From IMG/VR virus record IMGVR_UViG_3300005329_000001: a stretch of DNA of 64,000 nucleotides; one strand, given 5' to 3'. Source of the DNA: a virus (Duplodnaviria; Heunggongvirae; Uroviricota; Caudoviricetes). This document shows, piece by piece, positions 53,943 to 63,275 of this stretch (positions are counted from its first letter, which is position 1; each line of letters opens with the position of its first letter). The notes under the pieces are model-generated. The model did not search any database, was not told the DNA's origin, and worked only from the letters and a program-made list of their open reading frames with translations. The translations under genes and the position numbers were made by a program.

Positions 53943-54138
53943 TCTGTTTCTCCTTCTTTTTCTCGAGCTTCTTTGTCTCGGCATGATGGTGGCTGCACGC
54001 CCCGAGGGCACTGTACTCATGGCCATACCAGCCAATGAGTTGCTCACCAGGCGGGCCAGGGGCATTCGCTAGAAATCCGCCTCCAGACCACGGTGCCATT
54101 GAGTAGCCCGCATCTCGAAGTAGTTCGAATATGTCCAT
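53923..54138 (-). CDS. small hypothetical protein
   Basis: 71-aa ORF. Confidence 0.35.
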   Translation of the reverse strand: MDIFELLRDAGYSMAPWSGGGFLANAPGPPGEQLIGWYGHEYSALGACSHHHAETKKLEKKKEKQNATSTG

Positions 54139-54506
54139 TAGTACCGCTTCTCAGGCGCCAACTTCTGCCGCAGGCCGGCGACAGCAAAGTCGGTGATCTC
54201 CTTCGCCACTTTGTCCGGGAGCTGCGCGACTGCCTTATCGAGGCCTTCTTGAATCGCCTTCTGAATGCGTGCTTGGAAGACGGGGTCGTTGACGGCCTTC
54301 AGGAAGAGAGGCTTCACCGACTCGTCAAACTGGCCGCCAAGTCGCCACGACCCAAAGATGTCGGTGAAGGACTTCTTGAGGATGTCATCGGCGAAAGTTG
54401 TCAGCCTCTCCGGTGTCATCTCCTTGATGAGGTACTCGAGCGTGCCCTTGAGAATAGTGGCGCGAACCGCTTCGGCCGTGAGGGCCTCTTCCTTCTCTGA
54501 AGTCAT
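54138..54506 (-). CDS. hypothetical protein
   Basis: 122-aa ORF, ATGA coupling. Confidence 0.5.
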   Translation of the reverse strand: MTSEKEEALTAEAVRATILKGTLEYLIKEMTPERLTTFADDILKKSFTDIFGSWRLGGQFDESVKPLFLKAVNDPVFQARIQKAIQEGLDKAVAQLPDKVAKEITDFAVAGLRQKLAPEKRY

Positions 54507-54754
54507 CAGTAGTCCTCCAGGATCGTCTTCGCCGAGCGGAGGAGGCTGTTGGCGGCGCGAAGCTTGCCAGCCTTCATGGTGTTCTCAGCCACCCGATCGG
54601 GGCCCTCATCGAGGGTGTCCTTGTCCTTCTTCTCGATGAGGTCGCCGACTTCCTCGACCATGGACTTGAGGCGGTCGACGAGATTGATGCTGGCCGACGG
54701 CGTATCGTGAGCCCTCGAGGGCTTCCCTTTCACTGCGTCCTTCACGTCACCCAT
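54506..54754 (-). CDS. small hypothetical protein
   Basis: 82-aa ORF. Confidence 0.45.
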   Translation of the reverse strand: MGDVKDAVKGKPSRAHDTPSASINLVDRLKSMVEEVGDLIEKKDKDTLDEGPDRVAENTMKAGKLRAANSLLRSAKTILEDY

Positions 54755-54762
54755 GAATCACC

Positions 54763-55021
54763 TCAAGCTGCGTGATCGTGGCGTTTGCTGAATCGGATGG
54801 AAACATCGTAGATCCCCTCTTCGACCCACTTCTTCTCGAGCCGTTCGATCTCGGCGAACTCCTTCGAATCTGGCTGGAAATCTTCTTTGTCGACGGCGCC
54901 GTGGTCCTCGACGAGGAACTCGAACTTCTTCTTGCCCAGGACCCAGCGAAGGACCACGATGCTGGGAATCATCTTCAGTAATGGTTCGAGATCCTGAAGC
55001 CTCTTGTCGCCGTCGGTGCTC
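54763..55021 (-). CDS. hypothetical protein
   Basis: GTG overlapping TGA of upstream gene (GTGA); part of track ORF 54763..55263. Confidence 0.3.
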
Positions 55022-55358
55022 ACGACATTCTCCCAGCAGCTTCCATCTGCCGAATCATGGCGATGGAGCCGAGCTGACGCTTCGTGGGCGAGGTCTGGCT
55101 CTTCAGGACATGGAGGATCTGCGCCGTTCCGTGCTTCTCGTTGTGGCGGTCCTCCGTGACCACGCCATTGACGATAGTGCGGTAATGCTCGTGCTTGCAG
55201 TTGCCGCAGATGATGGTGTAGTTGCCGGTCATGGACTCGTCGAGCCACGGGTAGTTGTACCAACCGCAGTTGTCACTGCCGGTGGCCTTGCCTTCCGCCT
55301 TCGGCTTCAGGTTCTTGTCACCGCCGTTGCACTGAAACTCATGAGCATGTCGAGCCAT
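55020..55358 (-). CDS. Cys-rich hypothetical protein
   Basis: 112-aa ORF, SD caggaggatcttac. Confidence 0.55.
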   Translation of the reverse strand: MARHAHEFQCNGGDKNLKPKAEGKATGSDNCGWYNYPWLDESMTGNYTIICGNCKHEHYRTIVNGVVTEDRHNEKHGTAQILHVLKSQTSPTKRQLGSIAMIRQMEAAGRMS

Positions 55359-55444
55359 GTAAGATCCTCCTGTACTTTCTTATCGCCGAAAGATCTCGAA
55401 GTCTGATGAGACAAGAACTTGGAGAATTTTCTTAGGAGGCAGCG

Positions 55445-55987
55445 ATGTGGACGTCGATCGAGAGGCCCGGGTACTTCGGACGCAAGAAGGACGAGAAGAT
55501 CGCAGCACTCGACATGCTACACGGCAAGGGGCAGTGGCGCCTGGCGTGGTCGATCGGAGGGCCCACCTTCGACTTCTTCAACGCGTGCCGCTATTTCTAC
55601 GAAGAGGCCTACTTCCAGTGGCTCGCGGTTCGACCGCAGGAAGTGGATCTCATCTGCCAGTACGGAGAGTGCTACGACAACGAACCGGATAACGTCCACA
55701 GCGGCCTCGACTATATGATTCAGCGGGCCTACTCGACGCACATCCAGGACATCGCTGTTCGGAACGTTCTGCGGCGGCTCGGGCGCTGGTTCCAGAACGC
55801 GAACGGCAAGCTGCTGCAGATCCGCTCGAGGGACTCAGAAGGCTTCCGCTTTGGCCCTGGCAACATCGCATTCCACGTGCCGCAGTCCATCATCCAGCCG
55901 TCGCTCTGCCCAAAGTGGGCCGAGATTGGATCGGTGGAAGACTTCTGGCAGTCCAACAAGATGCTTCAGGTGTGGAAGCCGCAATGA
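55445..55987 (+). CDS. hypothetical protein
   Basis: 180-aa ORF, SD taggaggcagcg. Confidence 0.55.
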   Translation: MWTSIERPGYFGRKKDEKIAALDMLHGKGQWRLAWSIGGPTFDFFNACRYFYEEAYFQWLAVRPQEVDLICQYGECYDNEPDNVHSGLDYMIQRAYSTHIQDIAVRNVLRRLGRWFQNANGKLLQIRSRDSEGFRFGPGNIAFHVPQSIIQPSLCPKWAEIGSVEDFWQSNKMLQVWKPQ

Positions 55988-56079
55988 AGTTCCGAGCGAA
56001 AGACGACTACTGGCTCTGCTGGAAATGCAAGGGGTACCATCTCTTCACGACGAAGCGGTGCCCGGTGTATCCGTCATGA
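55984..56079 (+). CDS. tiny zinc-ribbon ORF (31 aa, CWKC...C)
   Basis: ATGA overlaps at both ends linking 55445..55987 to 56076..56528. Confidence 0.25.
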   Translation: MKFRAKDDYWLCWKCKGYHLFTTKRCPVYPS

Positions 56080-56528
56080 AGCCGCTGCTCGTGGGAGAAG
56101 ACAACCCCTATGGGACAGACCCTCGGTACGCTCTCTACCCCATGCCGCTGTACAGCGCTGGTGGAAGGCTCTGCCACGAAATTCTCCAACTCTCGACGAA
56201 GGAGTACATCAAAACGTTCGACAGGGTGAACCTTTGCTCGGAGAAGTGGTCTTTGAAGGAGGCGAGGGGCAAGGCCTTCGATCTGCTCGTCACCAGAGGA
56301 ATCGGACAGCACGACCACTTCGTGCTCTTCGGGTCAAAGGTCTGCAAAGCCTTCAATCAGGAGTTCAAGCCGTTCGAGTCGGTGATCTTCCCGACTGGCC
56401 CAGCAAGAGAAGTCTTGTTGACGATATTGCCGCACCCGAGCGGTAGAAATAGGATCTGGAACGAGCCGGGGTCGATCGAGAAGGCAAGAGAGATGCTCCA
56501 CCGACTCATGGCAGCAACAGGAGGATGA
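56076..56528 (+). CDS. uracil-DNA glycosylase superfamily protein (family 4/5-like)
   Basis: N-terminal LLVGEDNPYG (cf. GEGPG) and C-terminal LPHPSGRN (cf. HPS motif); internal ATG of track ORF 55851..56528. Confidence 0.5.
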   Translation: MKPLLVGEDNPYGTDPRYALYPMPLYSAGGRLCHEILQLSTKEYIKTFDRVNLCSEKWSLKEARGKAFDLLVTRGIGQHDHFVLFGSKVCKAFNQEFKPFESVIFPTGPAREVLLTILPHPSGRNRIWNEPGSIEKAREMLHRLMAATGG

Positions 56529-56529
56529 G

Positions 56530-56868
56530 ATGGGGTTCAATACGACGGTAGTGGTTCTGAACGACGCGCTCCACGACATCAAGGAAGACAAGGAGTTCGG
56601 CAAGAAGTTGGCGGATGCGATCAGCCACCGTTCGGTGACGAAAGACGGCGTGGACGTCTCAGCCGGCAGTCACATGAACGCGGCGAGGGTGATCGAGACG
56701 CACCATGCCGATAGTCTCGAGGCTGTTCTCGTTGGCGGAAACTGCGGAGAAGATTTGGGATACATCGGATCGTGGCAACTCGATCCTGGGACGCCCGAAG
56801 GAAGAAAAGAAGTGCTACGATCGTTGGCGAGACTGTTCGGGATGAAAATCTCGATTCGAGACAAGTAG
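56530..56868 (+). CDS. hypothetical protein
   Basis: 112-aa ORF. Confidence 0.5.
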   Translation: MGFNTTVVVLNDALHDIKEDKEFGKKLADAISHRSVTKDGVDVSAGSHMNAARVIETHHADSLEAVLVGGNCGEDLGYIGSWQLDPGTPEGRKEVLRSLARLFGMKISIRDK

Positions 56869-56876
56869 GAGGGACC

Positions 56877-57527
56877 ATGTTCGCAATCCTCGCAGCCGCG
56901 CTCTTCTTAGCTCCGGCAAACACGATCACCGTCACTGGGACAGTGCGACACTCCATCATTGCGCCCGACGGTAAGCCGGGAAAGCCAGGAAAGAGCATCA
57001 CGAGTAGGAGCCTCACGCTGACTACTGCGGCTACGTCAGCGGACAGTCTGCTCTACAGCAATAACTGGGTCTCGAGTGGGGGCATCAGCAACTGGGGCTC
57101 ACCCGGTAGCGGAGGAGCTCTCACTCTGCAGGGAGGCTCAGCAGGCGGTTCGTGGACGTACGCAGCCGACGGCGACAAAAGGATTGGTCAAGTCACTTTC
57201 GGCAGTGCCCGTGGAGGTGATGTCACTATTGGAGGCGGTGCTGGTAACCCTCCTGGGGGTATACATCTCAAGACAGACCACATTGATCGCGTGTGGCTCG
57301 ATTCGGATGGAGTGCTTCACTACAATGGTTCGGAAGTGGCGACGATCGAGAACATCGATGTCCGCTTCCGTCGAGCATTGTGGCTCATCTTCTTCTCCGG
57401 CCTCAATGGCATCATTGTTGGTGGATGCATCTTGTGGTTGTGGAAGAACCAGCTCTACGGGCGATGGCTCGCCAAGCAGGTGAGCGCAGACGAGGGGCCG
57501 TACCGATCTAGTGGCAACCCAAAGTGA
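56877..57527 (+). CDS. secreted/membrane Gly-rich protein (N-terminal signal, C-terminal TM)
   Basis: ATG MFAILAAALFLAPA with SD ggagggacc; GGxGG repeats; C-terminal LWLIFFSGLNGIIVGGCILWLW. Confidence 0.5.
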   Translation: MFAILAAALFLAPANTITVTGTVRHSIIAPDGKPGKPGKSITSRSLTLTTAATSADSLLYSNNWVSSGGISNWGSPGSGGALTLQGGSAGGSWTYAADGDKRIGQVTFGSARGGDVTIGGGAGNPPGGIHLKTDHIDRVWLDSDGVLHYNGSEVATIENIDVRFRRALWLIFFSGLNGIIVGGCILWLWKNQLYGRWLAKQVSADEGPYRSSGNPK

Positions 57528-57769
57528 GCTGGGCAATACGCTACGAGGGGACCAACGAGTTCCTGAAGGCCTGGACATCGAGGACAAGAATCGGCGACCG
57601 ACATCCTGCCTTCGTGTACGCAACTAAGAAAGAGGCACAGGCGAAGATCGATAGCATGTATCACCACGCCAAGGCCGGCTTCTCATTTCTCCCTGTCGAG
57701 GTCGACCTTCCAGTTCGGGACAAATTCGAGTTCCACAACTTCAAAAGGGGGAAGAGAGGGGCGCGCTGA
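57524..57769 (+). CDS. small hypothetical protein
   Basis: 81-aa ORF. Confidence 0.45.
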   Translation: MSWAIRYEGTNEFLKAWTSRTRIGDRHPAFVYATKKEAQAKIDSMYHHAKAGFSFLPVEVDLPVRDKFEFHNFKRGKRGAR

Positions 57770-57888
57770 TGCTACCAAAGTGGTTACAATCAGGGATCCC
57801 GTTCTCTGGTCGGGTATCCGACTTCATCAAGTTCATCGTCGTCGTTCCTATCGCAGGACTAGCGAGGCTGTTTCGGCCGAGGTGAGTC

Positions 57889-58557
57889 GTGAAGGTCATC
57901 TTTCTGGACATCGACGGCGTTCTCAACACGAACAAGAACTACGAAGAGTACGCCAGGGCGCAGCGCGAGGACCCGGAGCAGAACCCGGAGGTGCAGGGAC
58001 GGATTGACATCATCCACCGCCACGTCCACCTGCTCTTCGACGAGATCTGCATCACCAACCTGAACTCCATCATCCGCTCGACGGGAGCGAAGATCGTCAT
58101 CAGCTCGTCGTGGAGGCACTTCTACGACGACGCCAAGGGCAGGCCAAAGTTCGGCGACCTGGTCGAGCTACTGAAGCGTGTCGGCATGATAGGGGAGGTC
58201 ATCGGCAAGACACCAACCAACCTGCCGAGGAGGATGTCGGAGTCGGTGCCCCGAGGAAAGGAGATCAAGCGCTGGCTCGATGAGAATCCGGGCGTCGAGG
58301 CCTTCGTCATCCTCGACGACACGGCTGATATGGCCTCGCTGCGCCACAAGCTGGTGCGGACCAGCGCACGAATCGGGCTCTCGCTCAGGGACATCGACAA
58401 GGCGCTGCGCCATCTCGGTATCGCTCGTCTCTCGGCAAGGAAGATGCACCTCCAAGAGGCAGAGGTGCGACATGCCGAAGCAGTCCGAAGACAAGCTCTA
58501 CGAAGAGGCAAAGCGTCAGGAAGCAATGGCGAAGAAACTGGACCCGACGCCGCGTGA
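57889..58557 (+). CDS. HAD-superfamily phosphatase (polynucleotide 3'-phosphatase-like)
   Basis: N-terminal MKVIFLDIDGVLNT (DxDGT/V motif I), later ISSSWR and VILDDT motifs; GTG start. Confidence 0.6.
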   Translation: MKVIFLDIDGVLNTNKNYEEYARAQREDPEQNPEVQGRIDIIHRHVHLLFDEICITNLNSIIRSTGAKIVISSSWRHFYDDAKGRPKFGDLVELLKRVGMIGEVIGKTPTNLPRRMSESVPRGKEIKRWLDENPGVEAFVILDDTADMASLRHKLVRTSARIGLSLRDIDKALRHLGIARLSARKMHLQEAEVRHAEAVRRQALRRGKASGSNGEETGPDAA

Positions 58558-58618
58558 GGAAGCGAAGAAGCCTGAAGCGATGGCCTTCCTCGAGTACGCC
58601 ATCAAGCCCCAGCAGTAA
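58473..58618 (+). CDS. small Lys/Glu-rich ORF
   Basis: ATG MPKQSEDK inside track ORF 58280..58618; overlaps HAD gene 3' end. Confidence 0.2.
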
Positions 58619-58628
58619 GCTAAGAAAA

Positions 58629-58646
58629 GGGGCAGCTCTCTGCCCC
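58629..58646 (-). terminator. hairpin terminator with TTTTCTTAGCT tail
   Basis: ggggcag-ctct-ctgcccc; 3' of gene ending 58653. Confidence 0.5.
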
Positions 58647-58652
58647 GATTCT

Positions 58653-58958
58653 CTACTGCACCTTGAGCGCTCCTGTGGCGAATTCCATCGGGTTCGAGGG
58701 AGCGACCCAGGTGTACGCGATGCCGCTGCGAGCCCAGTTGGACTCGGCAGCGAAGGTTCGTAGGCCAAGCTCTAGCTGTAGTGTGCGGTCGAGAAGCTTC
58801 TTGTTCTCCATGCGGAGATCGTCCAACTGACTGCGGGATACTGCCAGCCCGTTCGTGGCCGTAGCCAGTTGCTGCTTGAGGCTTTCGATCTCACTGGTCG
58901 CGCCGACGTCGTCGGTCAGCGACAACTTTCCTCTCCCCTTCTCGTCTTCGTTTGCCAT
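58653..58958 (-). CDS. coiled-coil hypothetical protein
   Basis: 101-aa ORF; terminator with TTTTCTTAGCT tail directly downstream. Confidence 0.5.
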   Translation of the reverse strand: MANEDEKGRGKLSLTDDVGATSEIESLKQQLATATNGLAVSRSQLDDLRMENKKLLDRTLQLELGLRTFAAESNWARSGIAYTWVAPSNPMEFATGALKVQ

Positions 58959-59208
58959 CTCCGAGAACCCTCCTCAACAGCGAGTTGAGACCGACATTCT
59001 GTAGCTCCATCATCAGCCGATTGGTGCAGTATGCTTGCTGGCGCATCACGAGTGCTTCTGATGAGTGCGCCTGAGAGCCACCGATTACGTACGTACCGGG
59101 CATGGACTCGAAGCAGATTTCACACAGGTATTTGTCCCCGCGGAGCTCCACGTTCCAGTGCCCGGTGCAGTTCAAGCAGACCGATCCGTCGTCTCTCTTT
59201 GCTGGCAT
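58891..59208 (-). CDS. Cys-rich zinc-ribbon protein
   Basis: ATG MPAKRDD; CLNC...CEIC; overlaps 58653..58958 by 68 nt. Confidence 0.4.
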   Translation of the reverse strand: MPAKRDDGSVCLNCTGHWNVELRGDKYLCEICFESMPGTYVIGGSQAHSSEALVMRQQAYCTNRLMMELQNVGLNSLLRRVLGDGKRRREGERKVVADRRRRRDQ

Positions 59209-59335
59209 CATTCCCCCTGTCAAAGAAAGTAGTTTCCCCACAGATTCTTATCTCTTCTGCGGAAGAAATTCTCCAGGCAGGGATAAGAGCTGGAAGAAGT
59301 TACTTTCAACCCCTGTTCAGTTCGAGAGGCCAACC

Positions 59336-59953
59336 ATGATCATCCTTCTGCTGTTTCTGAACTTCGCGATTTCTTGGTTCAACTCGTGGTCGGTAGGGAA
59401 ATCCTGGGCGGAGACGAAGCACATCGGAGGACTCCCGCGCTTCATGACGTGGATGGGAGCCATCATGGCGAGTGCGGGGTTCTCGTGGTGCTACCTCATC
59501 GTCCTCGCCTTCATCGCCGGGCCGGATGGCTTGAATAAGCTACCGCCGAAGTACGTGCAGGCGATGTGCAACCTAGGCTACCTGGCGCTCATCATTCCAG
59601 TGATCGGGTCTGGGACCGCGATCACCATCCAATCGCTCGTGCGGGCGTGGAAGGAGCGGTCTCTGGCAAGCGGAGGCATCGCGGCGTGGAACACCTTCGC
59701 CGACGTCTACAACATCAGCCAGGCAGTCGAGCACGTTCCTGGGGCGTTCGAAGATGTCGCGGATGTGCTGTTCTCGAAGGACGACAAAGACGAGGACGAC
59801 AGTGCCGCAGCGCGTCTAGCGATCCTGCTAGTCTGCCTGGCGATCGCCGGCGGCATCATCACGGCGGCCCTCATCATCCGGTCTGTCTCGAAGAGCGCCG
59901 TGCGGGCCGCCAGGCTCGATCTCCAGGTCAGGAGGATTGCTCGGGCTTCCTAG
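59336..59953 (+). CDS. multi-pass membrane protein
   Basis: ATG MIILLLFLN with SD gagaggccaacc; at least 5 hydrophobic segments. Confidence 0.5.
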   Translation: MIILLLFLNFAISWFNSWSVGKSWAETKHIGGLPRFMTWMGAIMASAGFSWCYLIVLAFIAGPDGLNKLPPKYVQAMCNLGYLALIIPVIGSGTAITIQSLVRAWKERSLASGGIAAWNTFADVYNISQAVEHVPGAFEDVADVLFSKDDKDEDDSAAARLAILLVCLAIAGGIITAALIIRSVSKSAVRAARLDLQVRRIARAS

Positions 59954-60148
59954 CCGCCCGCCCTGGATGCGGTATCCCCTGCTCCTTCCGCCTCTTGTGG
60001 TGCCAGTGAAGGCCACACAACTGGTCATCAGCGTAGGATGCTCTTGGACGTAGGCAGCGAGAGCCAGTGTTCGCACACATCGCGGTGCAGCGCGTTTGAT
60101 CTGAAGGGGTGCGGATCCGCGGCATAGTCACATGGTAGCTAAGAAAAA

Positions 60149-60179
60149 GGCCCCAGCACATCGGGGCCGTTTTCTTTTT
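60149..60179. terminator. strong bidirectional rho-independent terminator
   Basis: ggcccc-agcacatc-ggggcc; GTTTTCTTTTT on + side, TTTTTCTTAGCT on - side. Confidence 0.7.
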
Positions 60180-60184
60180 ACCTA

Positions 60185-60535
60185 TCAGAATGAACTGGCG
60201 TCCTCCTCCACCTGGTCTCTCCCCGCGGCCGTCGGGTACTTGCTTGACTCGGTGGAATCTTTGGATCGTCTCAGTTCGTTTTCCTTATCCCGGAGTCTGA
60301 TGCGTTCTTGCTCCGCGGCCTCTTTGAGCTCTCTGGAGGTCTGCCAGCAGCTATGGCAAGGAACGTCGAGATTTGAGAATGGGTGGAAGAAGCGAAGGAC
60401 TTTCGTCTGATGCCCGCAGGCAGCTTCGATGATGTGAAGGGGGTCAATCGTCGTCGAAGTCAAGCTCTCCGTCGGGCGTGTCGTCTTCATCCTCGTCGTC
60501 ATCCTCATCATCGTCGTCGCGTAGGTCCTCCTCAT
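60185..60535 (-). CDS. hypothetical protein
   Basis: ends at bidirectional terminator; start uncertain, overlaps 60444..60713. Confidence 0.3.
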   Translation of the reverse strand: MRRTYATTMMRMTTRMKTTRPTESLTSTTIDPLHIIEAACGHQTKVLRFFHPFSNLDVPCHSCWQTSRELKEAAEQERIRLRDKENELRRSKDSTESSKYPTAAGRDQVEEDASSF

Positions 60536-60713
60536 CTTGGAGATCTACGCTTTCGAATTCCAGCTCTAACTTGCGGGTGACCGCGTCTGTCTTCTGTTGC
60601 AAGTCTGCGACCGACTCAGCCTCGATCGTCTTTTGTATCTGCCAGGTGACGGTCGCCTGAATCTCAGGCTCGATCCTAGGCCTACTCCTCTTCGAGGTTT
60701 CTCGTGACCCCAT
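60444..60713 (-). CDS. hypothetical protein with poly-acidic (Asp/Glu) C-terminus
   Basis: 89-aa ORF. Confidence 0.4.
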   Translation of the reverse strand: MGSRETSKRSRPRIEPEIQATVTWQIQKTIEAESVADLQQKTDAVTRKLELEFESVDLQDEEDLRDDDDEDDDEDEDDTPDGELDFDDD

Positions 60714-60909
60714 TTGCCATGTCCTCCCTGATCAGCTCGCGAATGGCGCGGTCTAGTTTCTCAAAGAAGTCACAGTAGCAGAAGCTCCGTTGGAACCAGG
60801 CATTTACTTGGTTCAGGTTGAAGTCTTCGTTGTACTGACGGCACGACGGTGAGTGCTTGAGGCCGAGTTCCAAAGCCAGGACGAGCTCGGCCGGTCTCGG
60901 CTTGTACAT
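60682..60909 (-). CDS. small Cys-containing protein
   Basis: 75-aa ORF. Confidence 0.4.
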   Translation of the reverse strand: MYKPRPAELVLALELGLKHSPSCRQYNEDFNLNQVNAWFQRSFCYCDFFEKLDRAIRELIREDMANGVTRNLEEE

Positions 60910-61091
60910 CAGTTCTTCCTGAGGTCAGTCCCCATCACATCCTCCAGGGCAGCGAGGACGCGTTCGTTGGCTGGGAGCTCTGTGGAGCAGGAGGGACGGC
61001 ACTCCCAGATGCCGTCCTGCCCCTTCTCGTTGACCCGCTTCAGGTAGCCCTTGCACTCCTGGGGTCCACGATTGCAGATGCGGCAGGTCAT
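60909..61091 (-). CDS. small zinc-ribbon protein (CRIC...C)
   Basis: internal ATG MTCRICNRG of track ORF 60909..61355. Confidence 0.35.
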   Translation of the reverse strand: MTCRICNRGPQECKGYLKRVNEKGQDGIWECRPSCSTELPANERVLAALEDVMGTDLRKN

Positions 61092-61423
61092 CGACGACTC
61101 GGGTCGAGGTTCGTCTCCTCGCCAGCAGGCTTGTTGTGGTTGGCGAGCTCCTCGACGCTGTATGTGCCATTGAACCAGAAGGCGCCCTGGATGAAGCCAA
61201 GCCAGCGAAAGGCTTTCTCCATGCGGCCTGCGGCCACGAAGATGCGACACTGGCCGATGGCCCACCAGACGTGACTCATCTTCGCCCAGCCCTCCTCCGA
61301 GCTGGTGAAGTACTTCTTCGTCGGGTCGGCTCGTTCCGGCTTGATTGCCGAACAATTTCTACTGTATTGCTCGAGCTTCTTGTCGTAGACGTCCAGCACA
61401 CCTAGAACCTTCTCGGCATCCAT
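61088..61423 (-). CDS. hypothetical protein
   Basis: 111-aa ORF. Confidence 0.5.
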   Translation of the reverse strand: MDAEKVLGVLDVYDKKLEQYSRNCSAIKPERADPTKKYFTSSEEGWAKMSHVWWAIGQCRIFVAAGRMEKAFRWLGFIQGAFWFNGTYSVEELANHNKPAGEETNLDPSRR

Positions 61424-61499
61424 GCGCTCTCCTGAAAAAAGAGGTTGCTCGTGAGTTCTTATATCGCGAGCAGGGTGGTACTTTCGTGTCGGAGGAACT

Positions 61500-61851
61500 C
61501 ATGCTCTCGGCCGAAGACGTCCGCAAAGCCCTCAGCCTCACACCGTTCGAGGGGTTCGCCAGAAAGCGTGTGAATGAGCGCGAGCAGCTCGCCGCAGCAG
61601 AAGGCATCAGCCTCAACTGGGGAGATCGTCAGACAGGGCGATCGACGAGGATGATCTGCTCTCTTCTCGCCGCCATCTCAACCGGGCGCACGGCGTCGAT
61701 ATACGCCAAGCCGCAGCCGCTCGAGACCTCTCTCAAGGAGATCGCTCAGGAGTGGGCCCAGAAGCTCGGGCTCAACCCGAAGCTCGTCCACGGGCACCTG
61801 GCGACGTCTGACTTGGAGTTCTTCGATCACACGTGGTACGGAGCCAAGTAG
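61500..61851 (+). CDS. hypothetical protein
   Basis: ATG MLSAEDVRK with SD ggaggaactc. Confidence 0.45.
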
Positions 61852-62339
61852 CTAAGAAGCGGTCCCCAGCTCTACTCGGAGCGCTATCACTGGTCGGGGA
61901 GATGCGCAGGGGGGGTTCGCATCTTTCCAATGACAACGCTCCGAGCAGAACCGAGGACCGAAGTGCTCTCCGACTGATCTTACCTCAGAAAGTCGGGAAT
62001 TGGTGGCAACGTCACGAAGTAGATCTCTTCACATTCCAGGCAGCGCCGCTTGCAGATGCGGCCAGCTACCTCTTCGGTCTTCCAGAGTCCGTGGTGCCAG
62101 AACTTGCACCAGACTCGTCGCAACCAGGTTCGCATGATGCACTCCCCACGCTGTCGCTGACGATCGCAGCATACAGGTCCAACTGGTTTTCGCGAAGATC
62201 GATGATGACTTCGTCTTGTAATCTGTGGACTTCGATGCCGGCGAACCTGAGCTTCTTGATGAAGAGCTCGATCTCCGCTTCCGTCTTTCGGAAGATTTCC
62301 TTCGCCGCTTCAGCCTGCGTAGCCCAGTTGGAGATCACG

Positions 62340-62492
62340 GCCGATTGTCCGCAACCTGCTGGCGGAACTTCCCAGTCGGCTTCTTGGTTTGCGGATCGAC
62401 GCACTTGTTGCAGGGCTGCTTCTTCCCCTTGCCGAGGTAGCCCTCGCCCTTGCACTTCTTGCACTCGACTTCGATCTCCTTGGCCATGATCA
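62340..62492 (-). CDS. small zinc-ribbon protein (50 aa; CKKCKG...CNKC)
   Basis: ATG overlapping TGA of upstream small ORF; not on track (<60 aa). Confidence 0.35.
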
Positions 62493-62641
62493 CCCCTCCT
62501 TGACCCATGCGACGAGTTTCTCGAACTCCTCTTTCGTTGCGATCGACTGCTCATGCTCCGTGAGTGAGTCGTAGTTGTAGTCGATGTCGTTGAAGGAGTA
62601 GTGAAGGAACTTCTTGATGATTGGCTTGAGCTCGTCGGGCA
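62486..62641 (-). CDS. small acidic protein (51 aa)
   Basis: ATG 2 nt after NUDIX stop; clean composition vs Ser/Arg-rich alternative frame. Confidence 0.35.
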
Positions 62642-62642
62642 T

Positions 62643-63275
62643 TTACTTCTCCTGGAGGACGTATGGTTTGAGGACGATGTGCGGGTAGAGCTCGACGAAG
62701 CGCGCGAGAGGAGGGAACAGGTGAATCTTGTGGTCGACGAGGTCTTGTCCCTTGACCCAGAGCCACTCCTCACACTTACCAGGCTCCATGACCTTGGGTA
62801 TACCGAACGCGTCCTCATGAGCCGCCTGAGTGAAGAGCGTAACCCAGTGTTGCAAGCCTCGATCCTTGTCGTCCCAGATGTTGTCTACCCACTCGAGGGT
62901 ATGGAAGCGAGCGACAGGCATGTCGATGCCAGTCTCTTCGAGTAGTTCCGTCCTGACTTGGGCGAGAGCTGACTTCTTCGACTCGAGCTTGCCGCCAGGC
63001 AGGCCCCACGTGCCGGCGCCCTGCGAGCCCTTACGCTTTCCGACGAGAATTTCGCCGGCCTTGTTGAACAGCACGACGACGATGCCGACACCGTAGCCCG
63101 TCATACCTCCGTTGTAGCGACGACGAGAGGCGTCGAGGTGGTTGATTGCGACCTCCAAGAGCTCGAGCTGGAGGTGCGTCGGGTACATCGCTTTCCAGTC
63201 TCTGCGGGCGGCGTGAAGAGTGGAAACAGCGTCTTTCTGCTCCTCGTCCGACAGGTCACCCCACTTGCGCGCCAT
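62643..63275 (-). CDS. NUDIX hydrolase (MutT-like)
   Basis: Nudix box GLPGGKLESKKSALAQVRTELLEETGI (Gx5Ex7REUxEExGU). Confidence 0.8.
   Translation of the reverse strand: MARKWGDLSDEEQKDAVSTLHAARRDWKAMYPTHLQLELLEVAINHLDASRRRYNGGMTGYGVGIVVVLFNKAGEILVGKRKGSQGAGTWGLPGGKLESKKSALAQVRTELLEETGIDMPVARFHTLEWVDNIWDDKDRGLQHWVTLFTQAAHEDAFGIPKVMEPGKCEEWLWVKGQDLVDHKIHLFPPLARFVELYPHIVLKPYVLQEK

Noticed and set aside
62066-62818. 250-aa Ser/Arg/Thr-rich minus-strand ORF
   Set aside because: Low-complexity off-frame read overlapping two compact small ORFs (62340..62492, 62486..62641) that have proper starts and sensible composition
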